Assembly (NCBI GenBank): GCA_965219095.1 | Contig: CBDCMT010000001.1 | Location: 1,952,001-2,016,000 of the forward strand | Direction of reading: 5' to 3' | Origin: Bdellovibrionales bacterium | GTDB taxonomy: Bacteria; Bdellovibrionota; Bdellovibrionia; Bdellovibrionales; UBA1609 | DNA: 64,000 bases | Shown: positions 59,461 through 64,000 of the stretch, piece after piece | Position numbering within the stretch: the stretch's first letter is position 1 | Layout of the letters: each line of letters starts with the position of its first letter | Made by a program: the position numbers and the translations under genes | Notes under the pieces: generated by a model | Databases searched by the model: none | Told to the model about the DNA's origin: nothing | Seen by the model: only the letters and a program-made list of their open reading frames with translations

Positions 59461-62400
59461 ATGAAACACACGTCATTTAACGGTGCAAACATTCGGTTAA
59501 GAAATCATTTTTCAAAACCTAAAAGGTTAATTGAAGTTCCGAATTTGATTCAACTTCAAAGAGAGTCTTATGAAAAGTTTTTGCAGAAAAATGTAGATTT
59601 TGACAAAAGATCTTTAGAAGGTTTAGAGGCTGTTTTTAGATCAGTTTTTCCTATTGAAGATTTTAACAAGACAGCAACTCTTGAGTTCATAAGCTATAAT
59701 TTAGAACTACCTAAATATGATGTAGAAGAATGTCGTCAAAGAGGTATGACCTATGCTTCTCCTCTCAAAATCACTTTACGTCTTGTGGTTTTTGATGTTG
59801 ATGAAGAAAATGAAACAAAAAATATAAGAGATGTGAGGGAACAAGAAGTATATTTTGGTGAGATTCCCTTGATGACAGATAATGGTTCTTTTGTGATTAA
59901 CGGAACGGAGAGAGTGGTTGTGAGTCAACTTCACAGATCTCCTGGTGTTTTCTTTGATCATGATAGTGGAAAAGGAAGTACGACCGGTAAAATCATTTAT
60001 TCTGCACGTTTAATCCCTTATAGAGGTTCATGGCTTGATTTTGAGTTTGATCAAAAGGATCTTCTTTATGCTCGCATTGATAGAAAAAGAAAGTTTCCCG
60101 TGACCATTCTTTTAAAGGCTATAGGTCTTTCTGTGGAAGATATTTTAGAGTATTTTTACCCTGTTGATCGTGTTTATAAGAAGAAAGGTGGTTTTTATCG
60201 CAGTCTTGATATTGAAAGAATTCAAGGTCAAAAAGCCCTTTCTGATATTGTTAACCCTAAAACAAAGGAAGTCTTAGTCAAATTAGGTCGTCGTATCACA
60301 AGAGCCACTGTTCGCAAGGTTCAAGAGGCTAAAATTAAAGAAATTCCTGTAACAAAATCTGATCTCATAGGCCGTATTGTTACAAAGCCTATTGTTAATT
60401 CTAAAACAGGAGAGGTGATTTTAGATACAAACGAAGAATTGACTCAAGTTCATATAGGAGCTATAGAAGCTTCAGGAATTAAAGAATTTCGTGTGATTTT
60501 TTTTGATGGGATTCTAGTGGGCCCTTTTTTAAGAAATACTCTTCTTATGGATAAGGTCAATTCTACAGAAGGAGCTAAACTAGAAATTTACAAAAGATTA
60601 AGACCAGGAGAACCACCCACAGAAGAGTCTGTTAATTACTTCTTTAACCAACTATTTTTTTCCCCCGCAACTTACGATTTAAGCGAGGTTGGTCGGTTAA
60701 AAATCAATCATGCTTTTGGTATTTCTTTTGAGACTTGTCCTGTTGATCACAGGGTCTTAACTTCTGAGGACATTAAACTTGTTGTGAAACGTTTGATTAA
60801 TTTGAAAAGCCAATCAGGGCCTAAGGATGACATTGATCATTTAGGAAATAGAAGAGTGCGTTCTGTAGGAGAGCTTGTGGAAAACCAGTACCGTATAGGT
60901 TTAGTCCGTATCGAAAGATCCATTCGTGAGAGAATGATGCTTCAAGATCTCGAGACTGCTATGCCTCATGATCTTATTAATGCAAAACCTGTTAACTCTG
61001 TCGTTAAAGAGTTTTTTAATTCATCGCAATTGTCTCAATTTATGGATCAGGTCAACCCTCTGGCGGAGATCACTCATAAAAGGAGACTTTCTGCTTTAGG
61101 ACCTGGAGGTTTAAGTCGCGAAAGAGCTGGTTTTGAAGTTAGAGACGTTCATCCCACTCACTATGGACGTATTTGTCCTATTGAAACACCTGAAGGGCCT
61201 AACATTGGTTTGATCTCCTCTCTTGCAACTTATGCAAGAATCAATCAATACGGGTTTATTGAAACACCTTACCGTAAAGTGAAGGATTGTAAAGTTGAAG
61301 ATGATTATGTTTATTTGTCAGCTTTAGAGGAGAAAGGTCATATCATTGCTCCTGCTGGAAGTGAAGAGCAGTTATCTGTGCAGAGTACTATCACTTGTCG
61401 TGGTGATGGGGAGTATATCACAGCCAACAAAGAGGCTGTTACTTTAATGGATGTTTCTCCCAGCCAACTAGTTTCTATTGCTACTTCGTTAATTCCTTTT
61501 CTAGAACACGATGATGCAAGCCGTGCTCTCATGGGTTCTAACATGCAGAAGCAGGCTGTGAGTCTTTTAAAGCCTGCAGCTCCTCTTATAGGAACAGGCG
61601 TAGAACAGTTAGTTGCCCGTGACTCGGGAACAAGTGTTGTTGCTCGTAATGATGGAGTTGTTCAATCAGTAGACGCCAGTCAAATTGTAGTTCGTCGTCA
61701 TGTACAAAAAGGAGCTTTAGGTGCGAATTTAGATATTTATCATTTGATGAAATACAAAAGAACAAATCAAAACACTTGTTTTAATCAAAAACCTATTGTG
61801 AAAAAGGGAGATAAGATCAAAAAAGGTGAGATCATTTCTGATGGTCCTTCTACAGAGTTAGGAGAGTTAGCTTTAGGTCAAAATGTCACTGTCGCTTTTA
61901 TGCCTTGGATGGGTTACAATTTTGAAGATTCTATTTTGCTTTCTGAAAGATTGATTAAGGATGATGTTTACACTTCCATTCATATTGAGGAGTTTGAATG
62001 TTTAGCTCGTGATACTAAGTTAGGAAAAGAAGAAATTACACGAGATATTGCTAATTTAGGAGAAGGAGCTCTTAGAAATTTGGACTCAAGCGGTATTATC
62101 ACTATAGGTTCAGATGTAGGTCATGGAGACATTCTTGTAGGCAAGGTCACTCCTAAAGGAGAAACTCAAGTGTCCCCAGAAGAAAAGTTGTTAAGAGCTA
62201 TTTTTGGTGAAAAAGCTGGAAACTTTAGAGATACATCTTTAAGAGTGCCTTCAAGTGTTAGAGGTACAGTAATTGGAGTAAATCTTTATAGCCGTGAAAT
62301 TGACAAAGATGATGAGAGGTTGCAAGAAGTTTTAAGAGAGAAGCTGGATAAAATTGAAAAAGATTACGAGATAGAGCAAAGGGTGATCAAAACTTTAGCA

Positions 62401-63624
62401 GTAGATCAAATTAAACAACTTTTAGTAGGTAAAAAAACAAAAGGGGTACTTCTTAGTGAAGACGGAGAGGAAAAACTTTTAGAAAAAGATCAAGTAATGA
62501 AAGAAGAGAATCTAGAGTCTATCCCCTTTGGCCTTATTGGTTATATCCCTTTAGAAGAAAGCCTTGAGACAAAAGTTCAAAAGATAGCAGAGGATGCTAA
62601 CAATAAATTAGAAGCTATTCGTCTTGTTTTTGAAGATAAGAAAAAGACTTTTGAGAAAGGGGATGAACTGCCTCCAGGAGTGATTAAAGTGGTCAAAGTG
62701 TATCTTGCTATTAAAAGAAAACTTCAAGTCGGAGATAAATTAGCAGGTCGTCACGGCAACAAAGGTGTTGTGAGCAGAGTGCTACCTGTTGAAGACATGC
62801 CTTATATGGAAAATGGAAAGCCTGTAGATATGGTTTTAAATCCTTTAGGAGTTCCTTCTCGTATGAACATTGGCCAAGTTTTAGAAATTCACTTAGGTTG
62901 GGCAGCCTATAATTTAGGAAAACAACTACAGAGTTTGTTAGATGATTTTAATAGAACTAAAACTGAAGAAGCTCTTTGGAGTTGTTTTACGGATGAAAAA
63001 ATGAAAGGTGTTATTAAAAATGCTAATGACGATTCTATAAAACGAATGATCAAACAAGCTTCATCGGGACTTCATATAGCTACTCCTGTTTTTGAAGGAG
63101 CTAGAGAAGAAGAAATTAAATCTTTTCTCAAAAAAGCAAATTTAAAAACAACAGGGCAGGCAAAACTTTATGATGGAAGAACGGGGGAAGTTTTTGATAA
63201 AGATGTAACAGTGGGAACTATGTATATTTTAAAACTTCATCACTTAGTAGAAGAAAAAATTCATGCTCGTTCTATAGGGCCTTATTCTTTAGTCTCTCAA
63301 CAACCTTTAGGAGGGAAAGCTCAGTTTGGAGGGCAAAGACTAGGGGAAATGGAAGTTTGGGCGATTGAAGCTTATGGTGCGGCTTATTCTTTACAAGAAC
63401 TTTTAACTGTAAAATCAGATGATGTTTCTGGAAGGACTCGTCTTTATGAAAGTATTGTAAAAGGAGAGCATATTTTAGAACCAGGCTTACCTGAGAGTTT
63501 TAATGTATTAATTAAAGAATTGCAAAGCTTAGCTATTGACATAGAGCTTGAACAGTCGGATGAATTTGATGACGAAGTAGAGACTGTTGGCTTAGATGGC
63601 GAAGTTGTTAAAGGCATACAATAA
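59461..63624 (+). CDS. rpoB: RNA polymerase beta subunit
   Basis: [41 protein letters not shown]. Confidence 0.99.
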   Translation: MKHTSFNGANIRLRNHFSKPKRLIEVPNLIQLQRESYEKFLQKNVDFDKRSLEGLEAVFRSVFPIEDFNKTATLEFISYNLELPKYDVEECRQRGMTYASPLKITLRLVVFDVDEENETKNIRDVREQEVYFGEIPLMTDNGSFVINGTERVVVSQLHRSPGVFFDHDSGKGSTTGKIIYSARLIPYRGSWLDFEFDQKDLLYARIDRKRKFPVTILLKAIGLSVEDILEYFYPVDRVYKKKGGFYRSLDIERIQGQKALSDIVNPKTKEVLVKLGRRITRATVRKVQEAKIKEIPVTKSDLIGRIVTKPIVNSKTGEVILDTNEELTQVHIGAIEASGIKEFRVIFFDGILVGPFLRNTLLMDKVNSTEGAKLEIYKRLRPGEPPTEESVNYFFNQLFFSPATYDLSEVGRLKINHAFGISFETCPVDHRVLTSEDIKLVVKRLINLKSQSGPKDDIDHLGNRRVRSVGELVENQYRIGLVRIERSIRERMMLQDLETAMPHDLINAKPVNSVVKEFFNSSQLSQFMDQVNPLAEITHKRRLSALGPGGLSRERAGFEVRDVHPTHYGRICPIETPEGPNIGLISSLATYARINQYGFIETPYRKVKDCKVEDDYVYLSALEEKGHIIAPAGSEEQLSVQSTITCRGDGEYITANKEAVTLMDVSPSQLVSIATSLIPFLEHDDASRALMGSNMQKQAVSLLKPAAPLIGTGVEQLVARDSGTSVVARNDGVVQSVDASQIVVRRHVQKGALGANLDIYHLMKYKRTNQNTCFNQKPIVKKGDKIKKGEIISDGPSTELGELALGQNVTVAFMPWMGYNFEDSILLSERLIKDDVYTSIHIEEFECLARDTKLGKEEITRDIANLGEGALRNLDSSGIITIGSDVGHGDILVGKVTPKGETQVSPEEKLLRAIFGEKAGNFRDTSLRVPSSVRGTVIGVNLYSREIDKDDERLQEVLREKLDKIEKDYEIEQRVIKTLAVDQIKQLLVGKKTKGVLLSEDGEEKLLEKDQVMKEENLESIPFGLIGYIPLEESLETKVQKIAEDANNKLEAIRLVFEDKKKTFEKGDELPPGVIKVVKVYLAIKRKLQVGDKLAGRHGNKGVVSRVLPVEDMPYMENGKPVDMVLNPLGVPSRMNIGQVLEIHLGWAAYNLGKQLQSLLDDFNRTKTEEALWSCFTDEKMKGVIKNANDDSIKRMIKQASSGLHIATPVFEGAREEEIKSFLKKANLKTTGQAKLYDGRTGEVFDKDVTVGTMYILKLHHLVEEKIHARSIGPYSLVSQQPLGGKAQFGGQRLGEMEVWAIEAYGAAYSLQELLTVKSDDVSGRTRLYESIVKGEHILEPGLPESFNVLIKELQSLAIDIELEQSDEFDDEVETVGLDGEVVKGIQ

Positions 63625-64000
<376 letters not shown>

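Overview
AT-rich bacterial chromosome segment. The gene content resembles Bdellovibrionota/Oligoflexia, which is an inference from the protein sequences. Housekeeping blocks are: a nadD-rsfS fusion; tgl/pilF-rodZ-dnaQ-like genes; the alternative complex III operon actABCDEF; rsmE (frameshifted) and fliW; infA-tex-topA-prc; 2-oxoacid dehydrogenase E1 alpha/beta; and tuf-tRNA-Trp ... secE-nusG-rplKAJL-rpoB-rpoC'. These blocks are interleaved with many, often nested and decayed, insertion sequences (ISL3 x3 plus fragments, IS5, IS903-like, IS630, IS110, IS3, IS982, IS1634, IS256, IS66), a pattern seen in host-associated genomes undergoing IS expansion. Main observations: (1) a 1383-bp transposase-free cassette (27618-29000) bounded by IS66-type MITE ends with a perfect 8-bp target duplication, carrying a decayed trypsin-like protease lipoprotein gene that the ORF track fragments; (2) ultra-short (38-71 bp) end-only elements derived from three IS families, two of them sitting exactly 5 bp from full ISL3 ends; (3) a structured non-coding region upstream of an IS110 recombinase (bridge-RNA candidate); (4) two IS1634-like elements with 7-bp target duplications and palindromic operators over their own promoters.
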